This document shows, piece after piece, positions 49,501 to 61,266 of a stretch of DNA of 64,000 bases. The position numbers were made by a program, and so were the translations under genes. The first letter of the stretch is position 1. The number at the start of each line of letters is the position of its first letter. The notes beneath the pieces are model-generated. The model saw nothing but the letters and a program-made list of their open reading frames with translations, had not been told where the DNA came from and searched no databases. The DNA comes from Phoronis australis (lineage: Eukaryota > Animalia > Phoronida), in assembly GCA_002633005.1 (NCBI GenBank), contig NMRA01000043.1, positions 599,466 to 663,465 of the forward strand. The letters are read 5' to 3'.

Positions 49501-52500
49501 CCACAGCGTCTTCCAAAGTGAGAAATCCCCCGGCGAACGCAGCAGCAACCTCACCTAGACTGTGTCCGATGATTACGTCAGGCTCGACTCCCCAGTGTTT
49601 CCACAGACTGTAGAGACCAATTTGCATGAACAAAATTGCCGGTTGGGATATTTCTACTTGATTGATGATGGTCTCGGATGCAGTCAGGCCGTTAGAGGCG
49701 TTTTTGAAGACTCCGTGCTTTTCTAACAAGGAGAATCCACTCAGTGTTGAGAAGGCATTGTCGCATTTTTGAATAACATCTCTAAATACCTGCTCTGTTT
49801 TGAAGAGTTGTCTCCCCATGTCGTTCCACTGTTGTCCCTGCCCTGGGAATACCATGCAGATTCTGGGCTTGCCTTGTTCATTCACAGTGCCGCAAATGAC
49901 ATCAGGCGAAGAGCTCTTGGTTGTTGCGAAGTTTGACGTCAACTCTTTGAACTGCAGGCCTGAGGCGGCAACAAACGCTACCCTCTTCGCGAAGTGATTG
50001 CGGCGCGACGATGTGTACCCAATCACGCCCTGTGCATCGGTTGTGCTCGTCACATCTGACCACTTGCCCACAAGACCATCCAGTGAGCTGCTTGATTTCG
50101 CTGATAGAGGAACAACTGCTGGAATACCCTTAACATCACTTGACCCGAATTTCCAACCATACCCCACTGACAGAAACTGCTGTCGCGTCGGCGTCTCTTC
50201 AAAAATCATGTGAGCGAGTGCTCCTCCAAATCCGAAAGAATTGACGCCAATGACTCCAGTCTTGTTTTCTGGTATTTTTTCTATGCTTTGCTGCACGGTC
50301 AGTTGGAGGTCATCTAAGTCAATGTGCGGGTTGACTTTACTGAAGTTACCACTTGGGCAAATAGTGCGATTTTCAAGCATCAAGGACGTCTTTATTATTC
50401 CAACAATGCCCGCGGCACATTCAAGATGGCCGAAGTTGCCCTTGGCTGAACCAATTCTCAGTGGAGTGTTATGGTGACCTTTGAAAACTGCGCTGATTGC
50501 TTTGGCTTCGATTGGATCGCCTACCGGTGTTCCTGTTCCATGAGCCTCAACGTAGTCAACCTCAGACAGTGGAATGCCAAATTTAGCGTAAGCTGATCTC
50601 ATGAGTTCTTCCTGAGCAGACGCTGAAGGCATTGTAATGCTTTGGCTGTTGCCGTTGTCCCCCACTACTGAGCCAGTGATGACACAGTACACGTGGTCAT
50701 TGTCGCGAACTGCGTTTTGCAGTGGCTTCAGGATGACAGTGCCGAAACCCTCACCTCTGACGTAACCTTTCGCTGACTCGTCAAATGGGCAACTGCGACC
50801 TTCGGGTGAGAGGACACCGAGTTGGCTGAAACCAACTGTAGTTTCGGGAAGAAGCAACACGTTACTACCGGCGGTGATGGCGATGTCGCACTCGTCGTTC
50901 CACAGAGCTCTACACGCCAAATGTGTTGACGTCATAGACGAGGCACAAGCTGTGTCTACCGCCATACTTGGGCCTCGAAGGTTGAACACGTACGATAACC
51001 TGTTAGCAGCAACGCTGTGGGCGACACCTGTGTGAATGTATGCGTTCATCATGTGTTTGTCTGGTACCAGTTGGAGTGGGTAGTCCATCATTCCAATTCC
51101 GACGTACACGCCACAGCGATCCTGGAGTTTCTCCGGAACAATACCTGCGTCGACAAACGCTTCGTACGTCACCTCTAGCAGGTGGCGCTGTTGTGGGTCC
51201 ATCATGGCTGCCTCTCTTGGTGATATCTTAAAGAAAGAGTTGTCAAAGCCGTACATGTCAGATATGAAGGCAGATCGTGTATTGACGTGCGTTCCAGATT
51301 TGTTGTCCTTGCTGTGGTAGGCATCCAGTGACCACCTGTCTTTGGGAACCTGTGAAATGGTGTCTCGTCCACTGGAAACCACGTCCCAGAAGTCTGAAGT
51401 ATTGTTAACATCTCCAGGTAATCTACAACCTGCAATGATATTTGTAAAGTTTCGATATGCGGCATTAGTTCGGGCATTTTTCATGGCACAGTCCTAGTTG
51501 CTATCCAAAGCTCTCAATGCTTCAATTACTTATATTATTACCATTTTCTAAGGCTCTGTGGTCGTCCTCCTGCTTTGCTCTTAGAGGACTGGCACGTGTA
51601 ACCATCTTGCTGCTCAGTAAACGTTCTAGTCTCAGGTATCACGTGATCTTGCGCACGGGCTGCTTGACTACATGACCACAGAAGCTTAGTTATTCTGGAC
51701 AAAACTGTAATTCATCAAGCAAGTCTTCATTTGTGAATCAAAGTAATGTGGTTGTAATAAAACCTGACCTACCTATACCAACAACGGCGATGGGAAAGTT
51801 GCGCACTGCAACGCGTTCGTGACCGGGTTGTTGAGCGCAAGACGTCGTGTTGTGACGGCAGTCAACCTGTGCAAAACAGTACAAGATCAAAACTAAAAAA
51901 ATGTCATTTCAAGTGAGCAAGGTTTACAAATGAGATGCTGAGTGCAAATGCATGTGTACGTACCACAGGAACAGGTTGCATCAAATTTTAGAGATCCTCC
52001 AATGGAGACATTTGTTTGTGGCATGACGGCAGAAGCATAAAAGTTCTTCAACGTTGCAAACTGTAGTAGTGTGATCTTATTGTTTTATACGCTGGTTCCC
52101 TAAGTGCCTAGCCAGCACGCAAGTAGCACGCAGTGGCACGCGCTTTAGCATTGGTTGATGTAACCTCAGCAGCCATTGGTTAGCTTACAACATCGTGAAA
52201 AAAGGCGGACTGTGAACGATTTTTAGCCTCATCATGTAAGTGGTGTCGCAGCAACTATTTCGTTTCTGCAGTGATGTTTAATAGCCGCGTGCTTAAAGCA
52301 CATACATGTACAATAAACACATATCTGGCCTCATTAACCGGTGTGTTATTCCTACTGTATGAATACAGGACAGTAACGGTAAACAAAAGTCATCCACAGT
52401 AAAAAGATGTACTCCGAAAATGCGCAACCACAATTTGTAGGATTCACATTTCCTGAACATAAATTTTAAGCACCGATCTGTCTGTACAACGGACCACATT

Positions 52501-55500
52501 TACACGTAAGTCCATCAGTCATGCCAGTTTGTTTGCTTAAAGCGCTGCCTGTTGAGAATTTGACTAGCCAATCCGAAACGCCGGTGTAAAAAGATTTCCC
52601 GAGGAAAATTAGTGATATATGCGTGCTGGCTACTAACCACCTAGCGGCACGCAGGGAACCAGCAAGATTGTTTTACAGCGTGGTCTGTCTAACAAAAATG
52701 TAACGCGTAAATCTTAGGTAGATATAGGGTGACAATTGCCACTCCCACGGACACGACAAGAAAGAAAAGCACACTCGTCCTTTTGACGGATAGCCATGTA
52801 TAGTTTATGCTACCGCTACGCGACGAGTTTCCTTCAAAAAGTGTGGTTGTTCCCTACGTTGTCGTAGTCAAATGGATCGGCCTTTCTGCAACACTCGCTG
52901 GTCCCTTACGTGCCTAGCCAGCACGCACGTATCACGCAGAGGCACGCGCTTTAGTATTGGCTGAGTTAACCTCAGCAGTATGTCATTGGTTACACCGTGA
53001 AAAATAGTGGACTGTGAACGATTTTTAGCCTTGTCATCCAAGTGGCGCCGCAGCAACTATTTCGTTTCTGCAGTGAGCCACGTGCTTGAAGCAAATACAT
53101 GTACAATATACACATCTGGCCGATTTACCCGGTACGTGTGTTATTCACACTGTATGAATACAAGACACTGTCATAAACAAAAGTCATCGAGAGTAGAAAG
53201 ATGCATTCCGAAAAGGCGCATCCACAATTTTCAAGTGAGGATTCACATTTCCTGAACATAAATTTTAAGCACCGATTTGTCTGTACAACAAACCTCATTT
53301 ACACTTCAGTCTATCCGTCATGCCAACATAGACTGTAGAGTATCTGTGGTGCCAGTTTGTTTGCGTAAAGCGCTGCCTGTTGAGAATTCGACTAGCCAAT
53401 CAGAAACGCCGGTGTAAAATAATATTCGGAGGAAAATTAAGTGATACCTGTGCTGGCTACTCTCTGGTTCCATGTGTGCTGCTGAGGTGGTCGGTAGCCA
53501 GCACGCAGGTATCACTTAATTTTCCTCGGGAAATTCTTTACACCGGCGTTAAACAAACTAGCATGACTGATGGACTGAAGTGTAAATGTGGTCTGTTGGG
53601 CAGACAAATCGGCGCTTAAAATTAATGTTCAGGAAATGTGAGTCCTAGAAATTGTGGTTGCGCCTTTTCGGAGTGCTTCTCTCTGCTGTCGATGACTTTT
53701 GCTTACCATAGTGCCCTGTATTCATACACTATGAATAACACACCGTTGAATCGGCCAGATATGTGTTTACTGTACACGTATGTGCTTCAAGCACGCGGCT
53801 ATTAAACATCACTGCAGAAACGAAATAGTTGCTGCGACGCCACTTGCATGACAAGGCTAAAAATCGTTCACAGTCCGCCATTTTTTCACGGTGTTGTAAA
53901 GCTAACCAATGGCTGCTGAGGTTACATCAACCAATGCACGTGCCACTGCGTGATACTTGCGTGTTGGCTAATATGAGGAACGTATGGAACCAGTGAGTGC
54001 TGGCTACCGACCACCTAGCGACACGCAGGGAACCAGCGAGTCTGCAGCACAGCGCATCGTCCAATCAGAACGTGTGCAGTATTCACTGGGGTGCAACAAT
54101 AACTAATATATATGTCGCTACCCGTCCGATCTCGGAAAGGTCCATAGCATTATAATTTCTATGGTCCATAGCGTTTAGCTTGCAGCTGTGTTCAGTTGCA
54201 AAAACAGATGCTGACAGCGCCGTCTATGGACGAAATCCCTAAAACAGGGTTTTCTCTTAAACTGTGCATGTAATTTCAGGGGAATATCTGTAAGCAAGCA
54301 GCTCCATGACGGTCGACAGCTTATCAACGGACTTACCTGTTCTTCATTCTTTTTTCGTGACAAACCAGTGAACTTATCTTCTAGTTCAAATGGAAGATGT
54401 TTCGGAGGAGGCGAATGTTGTCTTGATTCTTTATCTACAAATACAGTTTACCAAGGATTACAACAAGTAGAAAAGACAAATGAATGTAAAGACCGAACAC
54501 CAGGGTCGGATCCAGGATTTTGAGTTGGGCGTGGGGGGGCAGGACAGAGTATTAGCCAGGATTTTGCCAGTTAGACATTCGCAACCTCGAACCGCCAAAT
54601 GTAATCTGGGAGAATTTTAGGGGGGGGGGCATGGCCCCCTCTAAATCCGCCACTGAACACTACTAGATACTGACTACCTTTATGACTTTGGACAAACAAT
54701 TAGAATATTAATTTATGGCTCAACCTCGTGCAATGACGTTTGCCTTCTTTCATCCTGATTGGTGCTGGATGTAAAAGTAACTATGCCCTACTTCAGTTGA
54801 AAGCACATCAGCCAAATTCGAAACTATGAGGAACAGTCGCGTGGTAGTACTTTAGTCAACAACCAGATAACATGCTTTCACGTGCTTTCTGGGCTTAACG
54901 CTTCTTATTGTACATGATGTGATGTTTCGTGATAAATATTAAACATAATGATAAACATATGTCTTATTCAATGCTAAATTCAACCTCAAGAATTTTCGAC
55001 AACCAATTGCCTGTTGTCTTCATAACCTCAATAACATGAACGGATACGAGGGTGGTTCCAAGACCAGCCCTTTGCCGCAACAGCCCGACTACCAACAACC
55101 TGACACACAACGCGCACTGACGCCAGATTACCTCATTTACAAACACGACAGTGTTGTCGCTAGCAACGCCAGCAATGTGAACAGTTACAAATGTCACTTC
55201 TAGTAACAAAACTGATGGCGTTTTCGCAAGCCACTTTTGTAGCCAGATCGTTTTGGATATACACGAGAAGGGGTAAAGGCCTGGCCAGCACGCGCACGTG
55301 CGATGCGAGTGACTCGATTTTATTCACGTGTATTTGGAACAACTGGATTTCTATTGCAGTGTCCACACTGCAAGCGAGCAACGGGTGCGATGACAGCGAC
55401 GTATGTGAAGTTCTTGTACAACAAGTCACGTATCGATCATAAAGAATGCTGAAAGATAGGGTAGCGGATTGTTCATGGAATGAACATCACAAGTATGAGG

Positions 55501-58096
55501 CAATATGGATTCGAACTTCAAGTTTGCATACGTAATCGTTTGCATGACGAAACTGCCTTGTGCAGTATTTTGGACATTTTTCATTGATGGGATGTATGCG
55601 CACACCCGGGGGGTGAGGGCTCGACCGAGCCGCCCCCCCCCGGCTCCCCCCCCATTTGGCGAAGTGGGCAAAAAAGTCCGCCTCAGAGAAACTAAAACTC
55701 CGAAAAAAGTAGAAAACGAGACAAAAATCCATCAAAAGGCAGGAACATCCTGAATTCGGCGAATGCACAACTCATAGCTGTGAATGTACCACGTTTTTTT
55801 CTTTTTTTTGTAAATGTTCCACATTCTCACATTTGAGCCCCCCATTTTAGGCTGGGTGCGCGCATGAGATACAATCAACAACGTCTAAGACCAATAATTC
55901 GTCGTCTGTACATGAAATACAGCAACAATGTTTTTATTCCGTTGACCATTGTTTACTTTGTGAGCTAAAACTTTCGCGTCTATTGTGGCCCCCACATTGC
56001 AACGCGAATTCCGCTCACTCTCGTGCATCCTGGTGCCTAAGGTTATGGAGGACAATATCGTCAAACCTGTACATTTAGCCAAATATCAACAAATCTATAC
56101 GTTTTATTCAGCAAAAGTATATATTTATGAAGTAGAAATTACGTAAAATGTGAACAATCTGCCACTATTTAAATTACTCAACCTTCCTTCTTAGGAAAAT
56201 TTACCAAAAAATAAAGCAACATAATCAGTAACATTAGTAGTAGTAGTAATACACTTTATTCACGTTAAGACAAAAATACACTTGATACAGATTTACGCTT
56301 ATGGAGACTCCGTGAAGTACCCGAAGGGTCCGCTGACCACGAAGCCACCAGAGAATAAAAGCATACAGTGTAACAGACAATCAGAATTACAAAGATTAGG
56401 TGATTATGTAATTTAAAACGACTTGTGAAAAGACCAGGAGAGATTATCGAAGATAGTTACACACAAAGCAGTTCGGAATAGTGAACTCAAGTTCATAACT
56501 TTCAAATAAAAATTTTAAAATAATTTATAACAGGGGATACCGAATGGGTAAACAGTTTTTGGGAGACACTTTCAGGAAGGTTATTAATGATATGAGGTAG
56601 GGCATTGCGAACTGAATCTTCAGCAAATGATTTAGTACAACCAGGAGTTTGTAGAAGATGTCGTTGCCTAGTGTAATGTTCATGAACAGACCCACGGGTT
56701 ATTAAATTGAACGTGTTGAAAAATGAAAGTAAGTAATTATGAACATATTTGTAGAAAAATTTAATAATAGCAACAACACACAAGTCCTTTATTTTGAGTA
56801 ACTGTGTAGTCTTAAATAAAGGATCTGTATGGGAATTAAAATAAGTAGAAGTAATATTGCGAATAACCTTTTTCTGTAATTTGAATATTCCATTATGTTC
56901 ACACCCCCACAGCAGAATGCCATAATTCAAATGAAGAAGGACAAGACCATTATATACAGTTTTCAAAGTTTCAAAAGGCAAGAAATGTTTTAGGTTATTA
57001 AGAACACCTCAGAATCAGTTTATCTTTCTCAGCAAATTGTTTATGTGTGGACTCCATAACAAGTTTTTGTTGATGGTAACACTAAGTAAATTGAAAGAAC
57101 GAACTCTTTCAATTTTCAAGTTATTAAACTTTAAATAAAAATCATCAATACATTTTGGGGGTTTATGAAAAAACATAAATTTTGTTTTAGTTGCATTTAA
57201 AATCAGTCCATTTACATTTAACCAAGACTGAATTTTCTCCAGCTCCGCACAAAACATATGTGACTCATTAACAGACAACGTGCTATGAATACCATTAATA
57301 ATAATAGTATCATCAGCATAAAGTATGCAGTCAAAGAAATTGTGCACTTCACAAAATCATTCATATAAATGATAACTGACCCAATACAGCTTCCTTGATA
57401 AAAACAACAGGATCAGTAACATTACTAAATTTTAAATTTCGCATAAATAATTGAAATAGAATCTCAAAAACGATGTTACAGTTTTCTAAATTATTGTTTC
57501 GTTTTCGTTTTATGCGACTTCATTTTTTTCAAAAAATCACAGAAGTCCTATTTTCGATAGCTCCTCATGCAAAAGTGGAACAGTTTAAAAACCATCGCTA
57601 ACAACATTTTAGAAAACAATGTATAAAGCATAGTATCTGAAAGTTACATGTGAAGCCATTTCTGAGATGTGATGTTCTGAAGTAAATTGGCCTAGGGTTC
57701 TACAAAACATTAAGAGGCCTATATTTATCATCGCATTTATCAACTTAGACCTGTTTCATTATGCGTTTTGCTTAAAAGAGATTCGGCTGGTGAGGAATCA
57801 AACTGTTGGTGAAAATGATCCCTTTGCAGACAGCTCATATGTCGGGCCAAAACGCTAGCGTTTAACCAAACTGCTAGTTTTCACAATTTCAGTGAAGCTA
57901 GTACAAAATGCCTCGGGTAATTGTGACGAAACAAATCTGGTGTCTATAACTGAAATCGTTGCAAAAATATACGCGTATGTCCAAAAATTATACGATACAA
58001 ATTAATCAAGTTGTGTTTCTAATGCCTAGAGTGAGGATTAGTCTTACCTTGTGATGCAACTGTGGCTCCGTCGTGTTCGGGTGCTGGTGATGGCAT
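43562..58096 (-). CDS. Iterative type I (highly-reducing architecture) polyketide synthase KS-AT-DH-cMT-ER-KR-ACP, no TE, about 2451 aa
   Basis: Phase-compatible exons (-): 58096-58048, 54434-54337, 51866-51773, 51429-44660, 44372-44291, 43824-43562 (7356 nt). Motifs: KS FPIAVVGIGCRLPG, DTACASS, EAHGTGT, GHLE; AT GHSLG and AFH; DH HVVNGSIVFP and LDGCFQ; MT VLEVGGRMGG and LHS; ER HSACGGVG; KR GGLGGIG and YCAAN; ACP GVDSL, then stop. The two 5'-most exons are inferred from phase and splice signals only. Confidence 0.95.
44660..51429 (-). CDS. 6770-bp single exon of the PKS encoding KS through KR
   Basis: Corresponds to ORF 44630..51484 trimmed to the TTGCAG| acceptor and |GTACGT donor. Confidence 0.95.
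52088..52666 (+). mobile_element. Mutator-like (9-bp TSD) MITE, family C copy 1, in a PKS intron
   Basis: Termini (TA)CGCTGGTTCCCT / AGGGAACCAGCAAG; exact TSD ATTGTTTTA. Confidence 0.85.
52894..54040 (+). mobile_element. Family C copy 2, interrupted by copy 3
   Basis: CTCGCTGG...CCAGCGAG termini; TSD TCTGCAACA/TCTGCAGCA (1 mismatch). Confidence 0.82.
53460..53997 (-). mobile_element. Family C copy 3, inverted, nested in the right end of copy 2
   Basis: Reverse complement of copy 1; exact TSD TGCTGGCTA (53451-53459, 53998-54006). Confidence 0.85.
54501..54655 (+). mobile_element. 155-bp MITE with 5-bp TSD (family D)
   Basis: CAGGGTCGGATCCAG...TAAATCCGCCACTG; TSD AACAC; reverse copy at 60981-61127. 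Confidence 0.75.
55595..55867. mobile_element. G/C-tract MITE
   Basis: TATGCGCACACCC / GGGTGCGCGCATG termini; internal similarity to 15077-15240. Confidence 0.6.
56233..57390 (-). mobile_element. 5'-truncated, frameshifted non-LTR retrotransposon (CR1/L2-group RT C-terminus)
   Basis: ORFs 57015..57347 (LYADDT, WL..N.L.LN..KTK) and 56502..56981 (HLNYGILLWG, LQKK.IR, HTDPLFK); AATAAA followed by a (TAC)n tail. Confidence 0.88.
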
Positions 58097-58860
58097 CGTT
58101 AATGGTGATTGTCTTGTATTTTATTATCTTTCTGAGAGGAGATTTTCCTAAAAAGCAATGTCACGAATAAAACCATTATAAAAGCCGGAATATACACACA
58201 TAGAAATGATGGCGTCTCATTAATAAGCGTTGTGCTATTTATCGCAGTCGCAAACTGGAAATAGTAAAAAACTCGTTGGTTGCCCACATCACTTTACAAA
58301 GTATCAAGTTCGCAGGTTTTTGGAGGAACATTTAGTGTTTTGCCAAAACAATAGTCGTTTCCGACAGAATAATCTTGACTAGGAAGGGCTTGAAATATTC
58401 TTATAAAAAGTACCTTTAGTTTTTCTTCGGGAATGAAATTACTTGCACCTGGTTAGAAATGAATATATCTTAGTAATCAAACACTTACTTGAAGAGATGT
58501 TGCCTCGCTCTTTTGCAGAAAAGTCGGTGAATGATCTCAAAAGCTACTCTCAGGCTTAATTTATAAAAAAATGGCAAAAGAGGCGTGGAAATTTGTGTTC
58601 GTACTTTGTCGACCAGCTTAGAAGCAACCAATGAAGAACCTGTTTTGCTCTTTTGCGTTCTTGTTTTCTGGCAGTTCCGAGAAAAGTGTCACGTGATAAA
58701 GGATGACCTTGCTACATTTTAATACGTGACTAACTTGTTATTTCCTTGTTCCGTGCACACCGAGTCCGGCAATCATTGAAATATTTCATGCTAGGGTGGC
58801 CCGCGATCACTACATGGTCACGAATTAAGCCTAAAATAACTTGATGCCTACATACATGTC

Positions 58861-58868
58861 ATTATTTA

Positions 58869-58911
<43 letters not shown>

Positions 58912-58957
58912 CACTACTATGATTATCACTACTACTATTATTGTTGTTGTTATTATT
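58861..58957. repeat. (ATT)n/(ACT)n/(GTT)n compound microsatellite
   Basis: Read directly from the sequence. Confidence 0.95.
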
Positions 58958-59799
58958 TCTAAGTTGTTGAATTATGATTATGTCGGTGCTTTGCTTACCG
59001 TTACCATTGCCGGCAATGATTCTATGACCTGTGACTAAGCTCCAATACTGTTTATGGTTTAAGGCTGATGAAATTGCGTTGGAGATAAGACCACGGCAGT
59101 TGACTGGTGAATTAGAAAGCAGGTTAAATACCACACGGAGCCAATTGAGTACATACGGAATTTACCGGGATAAATAACAGGTAGTTTGTATCGACATGCA
59201 CGATCATGGTACAGTGGTCTACAATATGTGCCCACGGTAACACGCACAACTTTCTTTATCATACTCTCATACTATGCATCGATATAATTCTATATTTTTC
59301 AAACTTTAAGCCCTACTCCTCTTTTATTTTTCCCCATTCTTTTGAAATTATAACTGTACTCGACAAAAGTACAATCATGAAGGCTTCACTATTTATAGAA
59401 AGGGTCATTTGTCAATTAAAATTCATGACGTTTTAAAACTTATTAGGCTCTGCTTGGTTATGTTTAGATAAACTGACCAGACTTTACATAGTAGGATTCA
59501 CAAGTGGCAAATTTTACGAAACATTTTTAAAGCTCTAACAGTTACAGTGATTTGATTTCACTGCATGTGGTAAGATCTCGGACCACCGGTTTGTTTGTTC
59601 GAGGACAGATGTATTTTATATTGTTACGCAGAGTTTATTTCGCTTTTGTGTCTAATTAATATGTGTATGGACAACTGAGCAGTTTCACTTTTATTGGAAC
59701 ATATATTTCACTGAGATCTCGTTTTAATTATGAGCGCAACATTATGTCAAATGGTCGAGTAACTATTCAGATCTGGCAGAGTAGTCTGGATCACCCAGA

Positions 59800-60195
59800 G
59801 AACTGTAAGGTTTTGATTTTCTTAGAGGAAAGAAGTACTGTACTCCATCTACTGCATTGAAGACACCCACTTTGCTAAAAAGACGGCAATTAAGTAAAAG
59901 TAACGTAACAATAATTTTAAATTTTAAACTCAATTAAAATATTTCTAATGAATACAGTAATGTGCTAATTGATGTCAATTGTAAAGTTCTGTCCAACAAA
60001 GACAACCCATTTTTTCAGAATTAGGAAGTTATGAGCGACTTTGGTATGAATTTCATTATTTGGACAGGGGATTTCAACTTCGTAATGACACCGGATACAT
60101 ATAACTATTGTCATGTAGATCTCGAGAAAAATTTTTAGTCAAGATCTGTTCGGACTGCTCTTAAATACAATGTAGACGCGTGGCGTGAATTATAT
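59800..60195 (+). pseudogene. L1/Tx1-type APE endonuclease relic
   Basis: Fragmented peptides IYCIEDTHF, NKDNP, IIWTGDFNFVM and VDAWREL in the expected order. Confidence 0.7.
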
Positions 60196-60325
60196 ACTGC
60201 AGGTCAGTGTAGATGGGTAGCAGTATCGTATTTTCTGCTGGATGGCTTCACGGACAGATATTTTTCTAGAGTTCTGCATAATCTTGACTATAAAAAGAAA
60301 CTTTTTATGGAAGTGCTCTGTTGTT

Positions 60326-60378
60326 GCACCACCACCTCCACCATCACCACCACCACCACCACCACCACTACTACTACT
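60326..60378. repeat. (CCA)n/(CTA)n microsatellite
   Basis: Read directly from the sequence. Confidence 0.93.
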
Positions 60379-60980
60379 GATGTTACTACATGTACTATAA
60401 TTATTTATCAAAACAAGGACATCCTTCATCGCCACAACCGACATCACAGATTCCTTATTTACAGTGACATAGTAATTTGTTTAATAAATTTTATACGCAG
60501 TATCAGGTTAAGAGTTACATTCAGTCTGTTGTCTAAAATTGGCTAACTTCGGAACATTGGCTGATAGGATTCAAATGAAATTTTAAGATAATATGCTTTC
60601 ATTATTTACTATTTTTAAAACGCTAGAAATAATTTCGATGTTATAAATCAGTGCTTTGATATAGTATAATGCAAGAATTGTCAGCTTTTAGGAAAATGCT
60701 TTTTTTTTAATTTCCCACTTTTACATAAGGAGCAATAAAAATGGGACTTTTATGATTTTCATAGAAAACCTTTGTTTTACTATCAATGTATATTCATTCA
60801 TACATGCACTTGACCCAATATTACTCCCAGATTGGTCAAAAATCAAATTGTACAGTCAGGCTTTCTACTAAGTAAAATCTGTAATTTTTAGACAATTGGC
60901 TAAATGCCAGAACTCGTGAATGTGGTCCTATATAAGCTTGTCCTGGCTAGTAAATCAGTTTGCGTGAATATAATATAGCC

Positions 60981-61127
60981 CAGTGGTGGATTTAGAGGGG
61001 GACCTAGGGAACTAGTATGCCACCCCCCCCCCCTAAAATTCTTCCGGATTCCATTTGACAGTGCGGGAATGCGAATGTCTGACGGGCAAAATCCTGGCTA
61101 ATACTCTACCCTTCACTCAAAATCCTG
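60981..61127 (-). mobile_element. Family D MITE, reverse copy
   Basis: Reverse-complement similarity to 54501-54655; flanked by TAGCC on both sides. Confidence 0.7.
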
Positions 61128-61200
61128 TAGCCCTATTTAGACAGACCAGGAAATACGACTTCTTGGAAATGACCAGCACTAAGCTTCATTTCGTGGTCAA

Positions 61201-61266
61201 CTATAAATGGATTTCATAACCGCTTATCACGTGACACAGATAACACACAAATTTGATGCTGTAAGC
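61201..61266 (+). promoter_or_regulatory. Candidate TATA box and micro first exon (ATG CT|GTAAGC) of the acyl-CoA synthetase
   Basis: TATAAAT at 61202, ATCACGTGAC at 61226, ATG at 61256 and a phase-2 donor at 61261 that matches the phase of the acceptor at 62637. Confidence 0.4.

Noticed and set aside
44665-51477. Many short ORFs overlapping the PKS exon
   Set aside because: Antisense or alternative-frame shadows of a long GC-richer CDS.
44630-51484. PKS as a bacterial or fungal contaminant, or as canonical fatty acid synthase; ORF start MKNARTN
   Set aside because: It has spliceosomal introns containing host repeats and is contiguous with RB1. It lacks a TE and has a full-length MT, unlike FAS. 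The first 18 and last few ORF residues are intronic.
54964-55590. GC-richer, coding-looking stretch in a PKS intron (includes a CPHC)
   Set aside because: Stops in all frames and no recognisable family or convincing splice pair; could be an enhancer or old TE but this cannot be supported.
58841-60546. Poly-Ile, poly-Asn, poly-Thr and poly-Gly ORFs
   Set aside because: Translations of trinucleotide microsatellites.
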